Below are positions 8,316 to 19,694 of a stretch of 20,000 bases of DNA, in pieces. The translations under genes were made by a program, and so were the position numbers. A model generated the notes under the pieces. The model saw only the letters and a list, made by a program, of their open reading frames with translations. It was not told the origin of the DNA and made no database searches. Within the stretch, counting starts at the first letter, position 1; every line of letters starts with the position of its first letter. This DNA comes from Chiloscyllium plagiosum (taxonomy: Eukaryota), in NCBI RefSeq assembly GCF_004010195.1, contig NC_057754.1, forward strand, positions 7,274,819 through 7,294,818, in the 5' to 3' direction.

Positions 8316-9564
8316 ACATTGTACACAATAAGCAGGGCAATTTCAACTGGCCAATTACCAGACTCTCAATCATCTAGGTGAGGGAAGGGTTCATCAACAG
8401 TGCTATCAAGCAGCAACTTGCGAAAGAAAACCTTGCTCAATGATGCTTAGCCTGGGTCCTTCAGGTTCACTTAATTCCTGACTTCTATACTTTAAGACTG
8501 CATATGGCATAAAGGAATTCCAGCAAAGCTAGCATCAATGCAAATCAAGGGGAAAGCTCCTTGTTGGTTAGAATCATATCTGGCATAATAGAAGATAGTT
8601 ATAGTTGTTGGAGTTCAATCATCTCAGCTGCTAGATTTCTCTGCACGAGTTCCTCAGGTTAACTGCTCAGCCCTACCACCTTTAGTTTTTTAATAAATGA
8701 CTATACTATAACGTCAGACGTGGGTACGTTTGTTGATGTTTATCCAATGTTCAATTCAATGCACCATTCACAATACATAAAACCCAGACAATATCCAGTA
8801 TTGCACAAGTGGCAAGTAACATTTATGAGATACAAGTGCAAGGCAATGATCACCTCCAACAAGAAAAAAATCTATTAACCACTCCTTGATATTCAAATAC
8901 AATAGGATCACTGAATCACCCTCACTGTCAACATTCTAAAGGATGACATCGACCAGACTTGAACTGGTTCACACATGCATACTGTGGCTGCAAAAGCATG
9001 ATTCACCTGTATCCCCATAGCCTATCCACTGTCTACAAGACACAGGAGTGTGATGGAATTCTCCCCCACTTGCCTGGAGGGGTGCAGCTCCAACAACACT
9101 CAAAAAGCTTGACACAATCCAGGATAGAGCAGCCCACTTCACTTGCATCTCATTCGCCACCACCAGCACTCACGGTGGATCATTTACAAGATGCACTGCA
9201 GTAGGCAATGCTCCTCTGGCAGCACCTTCCAAACCTGTGAACACTGCCATCTAGAAGGACAAAGGCAGCAGACGCATGGGAATACCACCACTGCAAGTTC
9301 CCCTCCAAACCATACAATGACATGACCGTTTCTTCGCAGTCACTGGAACAAAATCCTGGAAATCCCTTCCTAACACCACAGTGGGTCTCTCCAACACAGG
9401 AACAGCAGTTCAGGATGACAGTTTAGCACCACTTTCTCCAGGGCAAATAGAGATATGCAATAAACGCTGACCTAGATAATGAAGCTCCCAAAAACATTGT
9501 TTTTTTTTCCTGAGATCTAACTACTCGCAGAGGTTTCATTGTTACCTTGGCTCAGTTACAAGCC

Positions 9565-9925
9565 TACGAATTAGAGCCTCAGATCTGCTCCTCTATTTGA
9601 TAAGATCATCGATGGTCAGATCGTAGTCTCAACGCGACCTTTCTGTCAACCCCATAGTCTTACTCCCCATCAGAAGCAAAAATCTAGCTAACCTAGCATT
9701 ATTCAACGACCCTGCCTCCATTCTTGTCTGGGTAAAAGAGTTCAACAGATCAACAAACCTGAGATAAAAAAAATTTGCCTCGCCATCTGAAAAAAAAACC
9801 CTTATTTTTGAAAGTGGGTCCCTAACCCACATTTATGATCATCCAGGATCTTATATGTTGAAGAAAGATCATCTCTCATTCTTCTAAACACCAATGGATA
9901 CTGGCAATGCCTTTCCAACCTCTAA
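9565..9925 (-). mobile_element. CR1 3' end, degraded
   Basis: Reverse complement of the CR1 tail and ORF2 end (TAAGATCAT..., AAGAGTTCAACAGAT, CTCTCATTCTTCTAAAC). Confidence 0.7.
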
Positions 9926-9939
9926 GGGGATTAAATGTG

Positions 9940-10520
9940 AAACGGATGTGTTCGCCATGCTGGGAAGTTGATTTGCAGAAATTTTGTCCCTAGTCTAGGT
10001 GACATCTTTAGAGCTTTGGAGCCTCCTGTGAAGCACTGCTGTACAGTCTCTTCCGAAATTTATTTGGTTCCATTTCTGCTGCTTCCAGTTGCTTGTTGTA
10101 GTGGCCGGTATATTGGCTGGTCTACATCAATGTGCTTTTTGATGGAGTCCGTGGATGAGTGCTATGTTTCTAGAAATTATCTGGCTGTCCTAAGCTTAGC
10201 TTGTCCTATGATCATTAAGTTATCCCACTCAAATTTGTGGTCCTTGTCATCAGTATGTATGGCTACTAGGTACAGCTGGTCATGGCATTTCGTGGCTAGT
10301 TGGTGTTTGTGGATGCAGATTGCTAGTTACCTGTTTGTCCTTTATAGTGTTTCGTACAGTGTTTGCTTGGAATCCTGTAAAATGCGTTAGTCCTGCACAT
10401 GATGGGTATAGGGTCTTTTGACTTGGTGAGCACTGAAGACATCACCTAGATAAAGGGATAAAACGCCTGCAAAACAACTCCCCAGCTTGGCAAATATACC
10501 CAAAACCATGACAATTGGCA
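9940..10520 (-). mobile_element. Penelope-like element, older copy: GIY-YIG endonuclease 3' portion plus an inverted terminal segment (10428-10520, +)
   Basis: The minus strand reads KDPIPIMCRTNAFYRIPSKHCTKHYKGQTG (decayed GIY-YIG motif). It is collinear with 17860-18287. 10428-10500 is an inverted copy of 9945-10020. Confidence 0.85.
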
Positions 10521-11044
10521 CCTGAGGTACAAACCTAAAGTAAACATGAAAATTCAACCAGGAAACTTCTGTCACGCATGTCCTGGGTACACACTGCCTG
10601 CATCAACTGAGCTGGTGGATGCCAGAATGTTGCTTACCATAACAAGATCAGTTTAATACTTCACTCTCCACGAGCTCTCAGACTTTGCATCATTGCGATT
10701 AAGCATTTATGTTTACAGCAGAGAAACAGCTCATTGCTGCAGCAAGCAGGCTGCACCTTTCACACTTTCAAATGCCAGTGTCAGAATTTTTAAAATACAT
10801 CATTAAGGCTTTTATAAACAATATGCAGCAACAAGACAGATCGTGGGTTTCGAAATCTAGCAAAACTTTAAATTTATTCAGTCATCCTCAGTTGCCTTTT
10901 TTCCACCACTCTCCACAACAGCATGTTTACCCTTTCCTGATAATTATATCTGAAACAAACATGTTAGCCAGTGGTGAAGTGAAATTAAGTTTGGGTGTCC
11001 AACATCATTGATGACAGGAAAGACTGGAAGATCAAGACCTAAAA

Positions 11045-11092
11045 TGTTGGTCCAGTCAGCAAGATCCACATCCCATGAGTGAATAAAATAAA
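11045..11092 (+). mobile_element. 3' tail remnant of the old LINE/SINE family
   Basis: AGTCAGCAAGATCCACATCCCATGAGTGAATAAAA. Confidence 0.5.
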
Positions 11093-11699
11093 GGATTGCA
11101 AAAGGATGCAGTGCCCTTGTAATTTGAGTGACAAAAGATGTGTTTCAGAGGTAGGCAGAGTTAAAAGAGACATAAAAAGAAATAAACCAAAAGGAAAATA
11201 GAGACTAGGAACAGAAGTTAGTGCCTGTAAAAGTTATATTTAGAAAGTGGCAGACCAAATAAAAAAGATTTTGACCAGCTTTACGCCAGTGACAAACTAC
11301 CAAAACCCCAGAGGTGCACAATAGCAGACAACCCATCTGCTAATGAAATGGTGGTACCATCAAACATACATCAAGCTACAACTTTCAAGGTGATAGATAA
11401 GTGATAATCTATAACTTTAAAAAAAACCATCTAAGGATAACATAACAAAGGCTGAAAAGGCAAGAGGGATAGATGAATGTGACTAATATCCAAGGAAGGA
11501 GTGTGGACTGCCTGCAAGGACTACAGGGAAAGTCCTGAAGAATGTACTACAAGTATCACAAGGAATATCTACAAGACATGAAATTTTATTATAGCTGAGG
11601 ATCCAACAAATGTGTCAGGAATAAGAAAGTGGCCCTGGTCGTAATAGCAGAATAGACCTGAGCAACCGATGAAAGCTCTTTATCAAAGTTAGGTTTGGA

Positions 11700-12230
11700 G
11701 GAAGACTTTTCTGGCTATTTAATTTCACCACTTCACATCAAGATTAAAATTGAAGAGAACTGGAACAGTACTTTTCTCAGCCATGAGCGAGCAAATATAC
11801 CACTGCGTTGAAGGCAGCTAGAAAGGAAAAGAAAAACGCTAAACATTGAGACAGACACAGTTTTGGCAAGATGCCAGGAGTGATTGTAGGAGAGTTTGGA
11901 AGGGAGCCAATGACAACATTCATCTACAGATGTCAGCTGTAAAGACAGAGGCCGAATGAGCTTGAAAATGCTGTAGAGTGAATTTGTGGAAACCGATGGC
12001 ATACCAAATCTTGTCACTACCATTGCAACTGTTATATGGCCTTCGCCAAAAACAACTCAATGGGGAAAACAAGTCAACATTTCTTCATCGAAAACAGCAA
12101 GGAATCCAAAACTAACAAAATGAAGTACATTACAAGTGCAGACAAGAGGAGAGCCAGTTTGGGGCACAGACAGGCTTTAAAGTAAAAGGTGTAATAACAG
12201 AGCAGAGTTAAGATACAGAAAAAGATTGCA
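11700..12230 (-). mobile_element. Possible ancient L2-like LINE remnant
   Basis: Purine-rich plus strand with weak resemblance (GGGAGCCAATGACAAC, GATGTCAGC) to antisense L2 RT. Not firmly alignable by eye. Confidence 0.3.
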
Positions 12231-13289
12231 GCAGTTGAGAAAAGAAATGCAAGTTCAACTTTGTTGCCCAGCTCTCCCCAAGTGGCTACTGCATTCTTTC
12301 CTAATAGACCATGGCATTCTGCAGTCCCAAAGTTCAACCTTCAAGTTGGAAAAGCTCATTCAGTTGACTGGGGGTTGGAGGTGGCAAGCTGTGTACATTA
12401 CACCCCTTCCTAATCTGTTCAGATGTGGTTTTCTGCCTTTCTCTCCCTCTTACCTCTATATGTGCCTCTTTTTCTCAGTCTCCATTTCCGTCTTCCTGGC
12501 TTTCTTCCATCCCCCCGGAATCCATTATGCTCGATTCCTGATTGCTGGGGGGCTGAACAGAGTCAGGGAAGCAATTTAGTGTCAAATAATTCATGTTTAG
12601 TTCCAGGCTTGAACAGGGCCTAACTATTTGGGAGAACGGCTTTATTGCAATCCCAGAGTACTTTAAATCATACAATCTGGTCACAGTAAAGAAATATCCA
12701 CCTCTGACTTTGCTGAGCCATGTTGAGACACCATGAGCAAGACTTTGGCAACTGCTACTCTGCTCCTTAGTGGTGTCACTGCTATGGATACCTATCACAA
12801 CAAAACTCATTTAAGATCAGCTCTGACAAGATAGACTGCAGTATAAGATACGACAGTCACTGTGTGCAGAAATAGAAGTAACTTTAATATCAAGGCAATG
12901 TGAAAGTGTTTGACTTGGAAAGGATAGAGATGCTAATAAGAATTATGCTAGATGGCAACCAATACTGGATCACAACTTAAACCTCTCGCATTTACTAAGA
13001 AGCCATATTGGAAGTCAATTTCAATTTGTCACTCACAAATCAGTTCTCATTTAGTAAACCTAAGCAAGTTCAAAACTCCTTCTGCTCGAGGTGTGTGTGG
13101 GGCAACTGAATACCTCTCCATAATCTGATCACTGTGGATCAGTACCAAGCTGCAGGAGATACATCGATAATATATTGCATAAAAATCTCCATAGTGACAA
13201 AAAAAAGTGTTATGTTTCTCTATTCAATTTATGGTTAGAAAACCCTTAGAACAATCATGAAAGCAGTCAAGTTGAGAAAATAAACATAA

Positions 13290-13484
13290 TGGAGAAAGTG
13301 AGGATGGCAGATGCTGGAGATCAGAGCTAAAAAAATGTGTTGCTGGAAAAGCGCAGCAGGTCAGGCAGCATCCAAAGAGCGGAGCAGCATTCCTGAAGAA
13401 GGGCTTATGCCCGAAATGTTTATTCTCCTGCTCCTTGGATGCTGCCTGACCTGCTGCGCTTTTCCAGCAACACATTTTTCAACC
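13290..13484. mobile_element. Palindromic Penelope-derived element with hammerhead motif and 9-bp TSD
   Basis: Perfect 45-bp inverted arms at 13331-13375 and 13435-13479. CTGAAGA-AGGGCTTATGCCC-GAAA at 13393-13416. TAAACATAA is duplicated at 13281-13289 and 13485-13493. Confidence 0.88.
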
Positions 13485-14156
13485 TAAACATAACTATCAA
13501 AGCAGCATCTTCAGGAGGGGAGCACCTAACTGCCCAACCATGTTTTCATCATCACACTGCAACACTTAATCTCAATTTCTTGTAGTTAATGGAAGCTAAG
13601 ACTTTCACACAAAATACCAAAGAAGTCACACTGACCAGCGCATTCCTGTTTTTGTTCACCTGACCTTGAACAAGCAAGCTGCTCTGCAGGACAGCAGCAA
13701 GCAGCTGTTGCTTTATAGAAATTTTCACAGCCATTAATCCTATGTAAGCACTTGATCAGGAGCCTTAAAAAGGCTGGACAAAGCCTCAAACAATAGCCTC
13801 AGTCGCCCAATACCGCATGGAAAGCCGGTGAACAGATATAGTTAAACCTCAAAAGAAAATACGTGATCACACAAACTCTAACTGACAAGCTGATGCAATG
13901 TGATGATTCCCAAACACATGGACTTGCTATGATGGTGAATTACAAGAATTGTTCATCCTCTCCATATTTCTAAAGCTCTACAACACTCAGCTGCCAGTCT
14001 CTAGTTTATGGGGCTGAACTCCATTGGTACCCAAACATTTGCTTAAAAGACCCTGCTTCCACTTCAATTCAAACAAGCTTAGGTACACTGAAGATGTGCA
14101 CATCAGACAAACAGGTCCTGGCAATTATGATGAAGGAGTCAGAGTCAGCGTTAGCG

Positions 14157-14615
14157 TCATAGACATAGAGGTCAACAGCACGAGAAAAAGGCACCTTGGC
14201 CCACTGAGTTTGTACCGGTCAAAACCAAGCATCCCATTTTCCATTAGATGGTTAGATTAAATTAATTCCCTACAGTATGGAAACAGGCCTTTTGCCCAAC
14301 AAGTCCACACTGACCCTCTGAAGAGTAGCCCACCCAGATCCATTCCTCTATGTTTACCCCTGACTAATGTACCTAACTCTATGGGCAACTTAGCACGGCC
14401 AATTCACCTAACCTGAACATCTTTAGATTGTGGGAGGAAACCCACACAGGGAGAATGGGCAAACTCCACGCAGACAGTCGCCCAAGGTGGGAATCAAACC
14501 CAGGTCCCTGGCACTGTGAGGCAGCAGTGCTAACCATAGAGCCACCATGCTGCCCATTATTTGGCCAAGAGGCTTGAATGCCTTGGCATCACAAAAGTAC
14601 ACCGAAATACTTTTT
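14157..14615 (-). mobile_element. CR1 3' tail split by an HE1 SINE
   Basis: CATAGACATAGAGGTCAACAGCACGAGAAAAAGGC...ATCCCATTTTCCA | SINE | TTGGCC...AAATACTT. Confidence 0.6.
14243..14556 (-). mobile_element. HE1-like SINE
   Basis: TTCCCTACAGTATGGAAACAGGCC...TGTGGGAGGAAACCCAC...TGAGGCAGCAGTGCTAACCATAGAGCCACCATGCTGCCC. Confidence 0.92.
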
Positions 14616-15039
14616 GCATTGCAATATGAGTTCAACCTGCCTTTTCCAAAAAACAGAAGCAAACAGGTTTGTTGCATGGTACACTTCTCACGCTTTCTGA
14701 AATCTGCAGGGCTCAGGCTAGTGCTTATGTAGAAGTCTGAAAAATGTAAATAATATAATCACGCATAAAACAAGACTTGGGAAGAATTCAACCATCCTCA
14801 AGTCACCAGATTCTGTCAGCAACCTCTTGTCTAACATTTCCAGTTATTCTCTTCAATATTTCGCTTGGCTCCAGAAAACAAATTTTGATTCACTTTTGCC
14901 CATTCTGACATTTTTAATTCATAAACAAGTGTCGGAAAATAAAGCACCTAATGTAAAATTGAAGAATATCAACAGGGAAACTGACAGAGGAAGGAGACTC
15001 CACAAATATTCTCATCTCCAATAACTGGGGGCAGGCCAA

Positions 15040-15395
15040 TCCATCAGTGCAAAAGAAGAGGCTGGAGAAAGTGTATCCATCTTCAGCTAGAAATGCTTAC
15101 CAGACGATCCATCTCAGCTTACTCCAGAGATCCCCAAAATCACAAAAAGATTGAATACAGACATCTAAGGCTACTAGTTTGGTGCGTAGGGGAGATTAAT
15201 GACTGAAAATGTCTATAAAACAGCAGCTGCATTAACTTGTCTGACCTCGAGTGATATCAAGATACCAAGAAACAGTTGAAGACACTGGCCACTGCAAATG
15301 CTATGGATCTGACCTCATAATGGCCTTGGTCAAAAGATAGACAAAAGAGCTTTGATTCCAGCAATAAAAGCAGAGTGACTGCCCTTTATCAATTC
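15040..15395 (+). mobile_element. Old LINE fragment (same family as 6790-9490), left part
   Basis: GTGATATCAAGA...ACTGCAAATGCTATGG matches 7844-7890. AGAGTGACTGCCCT precedes the RT LDIK motif. Confidence 0.65.
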
Positions 15396-15399
15396 AGCA

Positions 15400-16518
15400 T
15401 GAGCTTCAGTAAGGTTTTGACAAGGCTCTGCATGGTAGACTGGTTCGCAAGGTTAGAACATATGGAATACAGGGAGAACTAGCCATTTGGATACTTACAA
15501 AAAGCAAGTAAGTGATGGTGGAGGGCTGCTTTTCAGACTGGAGGCCTGCGACCAGCGGTGTGCCACAAGGATCAGTGCTGGGTCCACCGCTTTTTGTCAT
15601 TTATGTAAATGGTTTGGATGTGAATACAAAGGAATGGTTAGTAAGTTTGTAGATGACAAAAAAATTGGTAGTGTAGTGGACAGCCAAGAAGGTTACCTCA
15701 GAGTACAACAGAATCTTGATCAGATGGAGTTTAATTTAGATAAATGTGAGGTGCTACACTTTAGAAAGGCAAATCAAGGCAGGACTTATACACTAATGGT
15801 AAGATCCTGTGAAGTGTTGCTTAACAAAGAGACCTTGGAGTGCAGGTTCATAGTTCCTTGAAAGTAGAGTCACAGGTAGATAGGATAGTGAGGAAGGCAT
15901 TTGGTATGTTTACCTTCATTGGTCAGTGCATTAAGTACAGGAGCTGGGAGGTCATGTTGTGGCTGTGCAGGACATTGGCTGGGCCACTGTTGGAGTATTG
16001 AGTTCCATTCTGGTCTCCCTGCTATAGGAAGAATGTTGGGAAACTTGAAAGGGCTCAGAAAAGATTTACAAGGATGTTGTTAGAATTGGAGGGTTCGAGC
16101 TAAAGGAAGAGGCTGAATAAGCTGGGACTGTTTTCCGTGGCACGTCAGAGACTGAGGGTTGACCTTTCAGATGTTTATGAAACCATGAGAGGCATGGAAA
16201 GGGCGATTAGCCAACATCTTTTTCCTAGGGTAGCATAGTCCAAAACTAGAGGGCATAGGTTTAAGGTGAGAGAGGAAAGACTTAAAGGGGACCCAAGGGG
16301 CAACGTTTTCACACACAGGGTGGTGAGTATATAGAATGAGCACAAGTGGAGGAGGTTGGTACAATTACAACATTTAAAAGGCATCTGGATGGGTACATGG
16401 ACAGGAAGGGTTTACAGAGATAAAGGCCAAATTCTGGCAATTAATTTAGGATATCTGGTCAGCACAGACAAGTTGGACCAAAGGGTCTGTTTCCGTGCTG
16501 TACAGCTCTATGACTTTA
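15400..16518 (+). mobile_element. CR1 LINE, 5'-truncated (RT to 3' tail), with frameshifts
   Basis: GGTGTGCCACAAGGATCAGTGCTGGGTCCA ([10 protein letters not shown]), [10 protein letters not shown] and MEFNLDKCEVLHF (ORF 15487-15861), TRGHRFKV, and the tail GGGTCTGTTTCCGTGCTGTACAGCTCTATGAC. Confidence 0.93.
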
Positions 16519-16519
16519 A

Positions 16520-17030
16520 GTGTAGTATCAACAACTTTTAGCAAAAGTGAAGTCAATGGGAATCAGGGGAAACTTGTGGGTTAGAGTCAGAGCTAACAAA
16601 GGAAGATGGTTGTGGTTGAGAACGGTCAATCATCTCAGGCCCAGGCCACCTCTTCAGGAGTTCGTCAGGGTAGCATCCTAGGCTTAACCACTTTCATCTA
16701 CTGCAGTGACCTTCGTTCCATCATTGTGTCAGAAGTGGAGATGTCTGCTGGTGATTCTAAAATCTTCAGCACCATCTGAAGCAACCTTTGTCGATTTGAA
16801 GTAACATCAGAATAATATTCAGGCTTGTGTTGCTAAGTGACAGGCAACATTTGTGACAAATGCCAGGAAATGACGACCTCCATTCGGAGAGAATCTAATC
16901 ATCGCCCCGTGACATTCAATGGCATTACCTCAATGAATATTCTACTAACTATATCTGAGGAGTTACCACTAATCAGAATTCAGACTGGAACAGTGATAAA
17001 AATATTGCAGCTTTGTTTTGCTGTAAACCT
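16520..17030 (+). mobile_element. Old LINE fragment (same family as 6790-9490), right part
   Basis: GTCAATGGGAATCAGGGGGAA, GGAAGATGGTTGTGGTTG and GGAGTTCGTCAGGGTAGCATCCTAGGC ([13 protein letters not shown]). Collinear with 8530-8900. Confidence 0.75.
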
Positions 17031-17371
17031 AAAAGTGCTTAGATGCAGAGTATATCAGTATCTGGTCTTCAGTTGGGGCTCAAGAAACCTGCAAAGAAGG
17101 ACTGTGCACTCATCTCTCCTACTTTTGAAAAGAAACCCTTATTGTTGAGTTTGGACGAAACCTATTGGCTCTTCAGAAAAAGCGGATGGAGGAATTTCTC
17201 AATATTGTAGCCCCTGAATAAGTTGTATCTAAAAGACTCCAGAGACAATTGAGAGAGATTAATATCGCAACCACACATGCCAAATATCAAACTAACAGAT
17301 TTCAGAACATTCCACACTTCACGCTTTGCTTTTCACTGTGTCAGACTTCACATGAGGGACACAAATAGCAT

Positions 17372-17570
17372 AGGTGAAAGTGAGGACTGCAGATATTGGA
17401 GATTAGAGTCAAGAATGTGATGCTGGAAAAGCAGGTGTAGGTCAGGCAGCATCCGAGAAGCAGGAAAATCGATGTTTCGGCCAAAAGCCCTTCACCAGGA
17501 ATCATGATGAAAGGCTTTTTCCTCCCCGGATGCTGCCTGACCTGCTGTGCTTTTCCAGCACTATACTCTC
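17372..17570. mobile_element. Palindromic Penelope-derived element with ~14-bp TSD
   Basis: Arms GCTGGAAAAGCA..AGGTCAGGCAGCATCCG / CGGATGCTGCCTGACCT..TGCTTTTCCAGC. GACACAAATAGCAT (17358-17371) versus GACACAAATAACAT (17571-17584). Confidence 0.85.
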
Positions 17571-17859
17571 GACACAAATAACATGCCAGTAATTGACAGA
17601 GACAAAGGTAGGTGAGGACCTGGAAACAATCATCATCACGGAAGAGGCAGTGTTGGGCAAGAAAATGGAGCTAAGGATATACAAGTCTCCTGGCCCCAAA
17701 AGAATGCATCCCAAGGTACTAAAAGAGATGGCGGGAGAAATAGCAAGTGCACTTCTGGTAATTTTTTGCTAACTTCGCAGGACTGAGCCAATTCCAGCTA
17801 CTTGGAAAACAGCAAATGCGCGCCACTCTTTAAAAGTGTCACAGACAAAAGATGGGAAT

Positions 17860-18287
17860 CAAAGTTTGTGAGAAGATTTGTAGCTCAGGTGCTCGTTGTT
17901 GTGGTTCTGTTCGCCGAGCTGGGAATTTGTGTTGCAGACGTTTCGTCCCCTGTCTAGGTGACATCCTCCGTGCTTGGGAGCCTCCTGTGAAGTGCTTCTG
18001 TGTTGTTTCCTCCGGCATTTATAGTGGTTTGTCTCTGCCGCTTCTGGCTGTCAGTTCCAGCTGTCCGCTGCAGTGGCCGGTATATTGGGTCCAGGTCGAT
18101 GCGTTTGTTGACAGGATCTGTGGATGAGTGCCATGCCTCTAGGAATTCCCTGGCTGTTCTCTGTTTGGCTTGTCCTATAATAGTAGTGTTGTCCCAGTCA
18201 AACTCATGTTGCTTGTCATCTGCGTGTGTGGCTACTAAGGATAGCTGGTCGTGTCGTTTTGTGGCTAGTTGGTGTTCATGGATACGG
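17860..18287 (-). mobile_element. Penelope-like element, young 5'-truncated copy (GIY-YIG C-terminus plus 3' end), 11-bp TSD
   Basis: An uninterrupted minus frame reads RIHEHQLATKRHDQLSLVATHADDKQHEFDWDNTTIIGQAKQRTAREFLEAWHS...LPSTEDVT*. AAGATGGGAAT occurs at 17849-17859 and 18288-18298. Confidence 0.92.
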
Positions 18288-18544
18288 AAGATGGGAATTA
18301 TAGACCAATAAGCTTAACATCTGTAGTGGGGAAGATGTTTGAGTCTATTATCAAAGAAATAGCAGAGCATCTAGATCAAAATTGTTCTGTTGGGCAGGTC
18401 ATGCTTAACTAATCTTTTGGAATTCTATGAAGAAATCACAAAAATGGTGGACAGCAGGGACCCAGTAGATGTGGTCTACCTAGATTTCCAAAAGGCCTTT
18501 GACAAGGTGCTGCACAAGAGACTGCTGTGTTAGATAAAGAAGCA

Positions 18545-18732
18545 TTCCTCCCACAATCGAAAGTTGTGCAGGTCAAGTGAATTGGCCATGCTAAATTGCC
18601 CATAGCGTTAGATGCATTAGTCAGGGTAGCTGACTGGGTCTGGTTGGGTTACTCTTCGGAGGGTCAGTGTGGACTTGTTGGGCGCAAGGGCTTGTTTCCA
18701 TACTGTATGGAATCAAATCTAATCTAACCTAA
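18545..18732 (+). mobile_element. HE1-like SINE, 3' half
   Basis: TTCCTCCCACAATCGAAAG...ATTGGCCATGCTAAATTGCCCATAG...TGTTTCCATACTGTA, with an (AATCT)n tail. Confidence 0.88.
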
Positions 18733-19305
18733 GGGATATGATTAAATTATTTGCAGATGATACAAAAAAGGAACCATCATTGATGGGAAGAAAATTACAC
18801 AGAAAGACTTGCAGACTGGCCAGGTGGGTAGAGTGTCAAACAGAATTCAAGTGCAGAAGTGTGAATGATGCACTTGGGGAGAGTAACAAGACAATTCAGT
18901 ACACAATAAATGAAATTGTAGAGGATCAGAGAGAACTCTGAAGTTAACATGACAGATAACAGGGTGGTTAAACAGACATATTAGACATGATCCGAGGGAG
19001 AGAAAACAACAGCATGGAAATTATGTCAAAAATGTATAACACTTGTTAGATGTCAGCTAGATTACTGTGCACAATACTCGTCACCACATTCCCAGAAGGG
19101 TGCAGAGTGGGAATAGGAAATTTATCAGAATCCTGCCAAGACTGCAACATTTCAGGGAGGATGAGATAGACAGGATTGTGCTCTTGGAACAGAGGACACC
19201 GAGGGGAGCTCTAACTGAGTTATTAAAATTGAGGGCCCTTGAGTAGATTGGAAGGAATTATACTCTTAGCAGAGATGTTAATAACAGAGGGTCACAAATT
19301 TAACA
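18733..19305 (+). mobile_element. Older CR1 RT fragment
   Basis: IKLFADDTK, LARW..EFK, TGGAACAGAGGACACCGAGGGGAG and AACAGAGGGTCACAAATTT (TRGHKF). Confidence 0.8.
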
Positions 19306-19339
19306 CATTCAATTACCAATATTGACAGATTTATTTGAT

Positions 19340-19445
19340 TAACTGAATTTTAATTCCCTTGGTTCTACTGATTACTCGATCATTAATTCAGTTATTGGAT
19401 TACTAGACCAGTAACAGTAACATAACCAGCACGCTACTATGCCTC
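19340..19445 (-). mobile_element. tRNA-like SINE/LINE head fragment
   Basis: TGGATTACTAGACCAGTAAC...ATAACCA is the reverse complement of the head motif also seen at ~835-860 (TACTGGACTAG). Confidence 0.45.
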
Positions 19446-19694
19446 ATTATTTCAAAATCTGCCTGCAGTGGTGCAATAGCAGAATGAGCACTCTAAATTC
19501 AAATGAAATAAAGACTGAGAAGTGACAAGATGAAATGATTTATGGCAGATGCAACCAATATAAAACGTTAAAGCACTAAAATGAAACTAAATGCCTATGA
19601 AAAGCTAGTAAACATGACTGAAGGCTTGGAAAAAACTGCACGGGCTTGCAGAAGACGTTAAGGTTGTCCGGGGATCCATATCAGAATGGGAAAT

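Larger units (their letters stand above)
6790..9490 (+). mobile_element. Old, heavily deleted non-LTR retrotransposon (CR1/L2 group, clade unresolved), 5' region to 3' tail
   Basis: Decayed RT motifs: GAGTTCCTCAGG (GVPQG-like, ~8647), TTTTTAATAAATGAC (FIND), TTTGTTGATG (FADD-like), AAAATTGCCCATGTA (WKIAQV-like). The 3' end reads CACCACTTTCTCCAGGGCAA...GCAATAAACGCTG. Homologous to 15040-15395 and 16520-17030. Confidence 0.8.
17325..18545 (+). mobile_element. CR1 ORF2 fragment hosting two Penelope-type insertions
   Basis: KSPGP..MHPKVLKEMAGEIA, GNYRPISLTSVVGKMFESII and VDVVYLDFQKAFDKV motifs. Confidence 0.9.

Noticed and set aside
7998..8381. ORFs sharing 'HLTCTFLDCGRKPEHPEETH' or 'LALLPHS.RDLG' (also 1787-2032 and 14423-14677)
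   Set aside because: These are translations of HE1 SINE copies, not a protein family.
9968..10390. 140-aa plus-strand ORF, and the similar 17852-18311 ORFs
   Set aside because: These are antisense readings of Penelope-like elements.
10632..10740. ATG|GTAAGC donor as the end of NXF1 coding exon 1
   Set aside because: The required phase-1 frame has a TGA four codons upstream and no NXF1-like N-terminus.
15487..15861. RT-like ORF as a functional or domesticated gene
   Set aside because: It is a frameshifted CR1 fragment with an altered catalytic motif (FVDD) and nearby stops.
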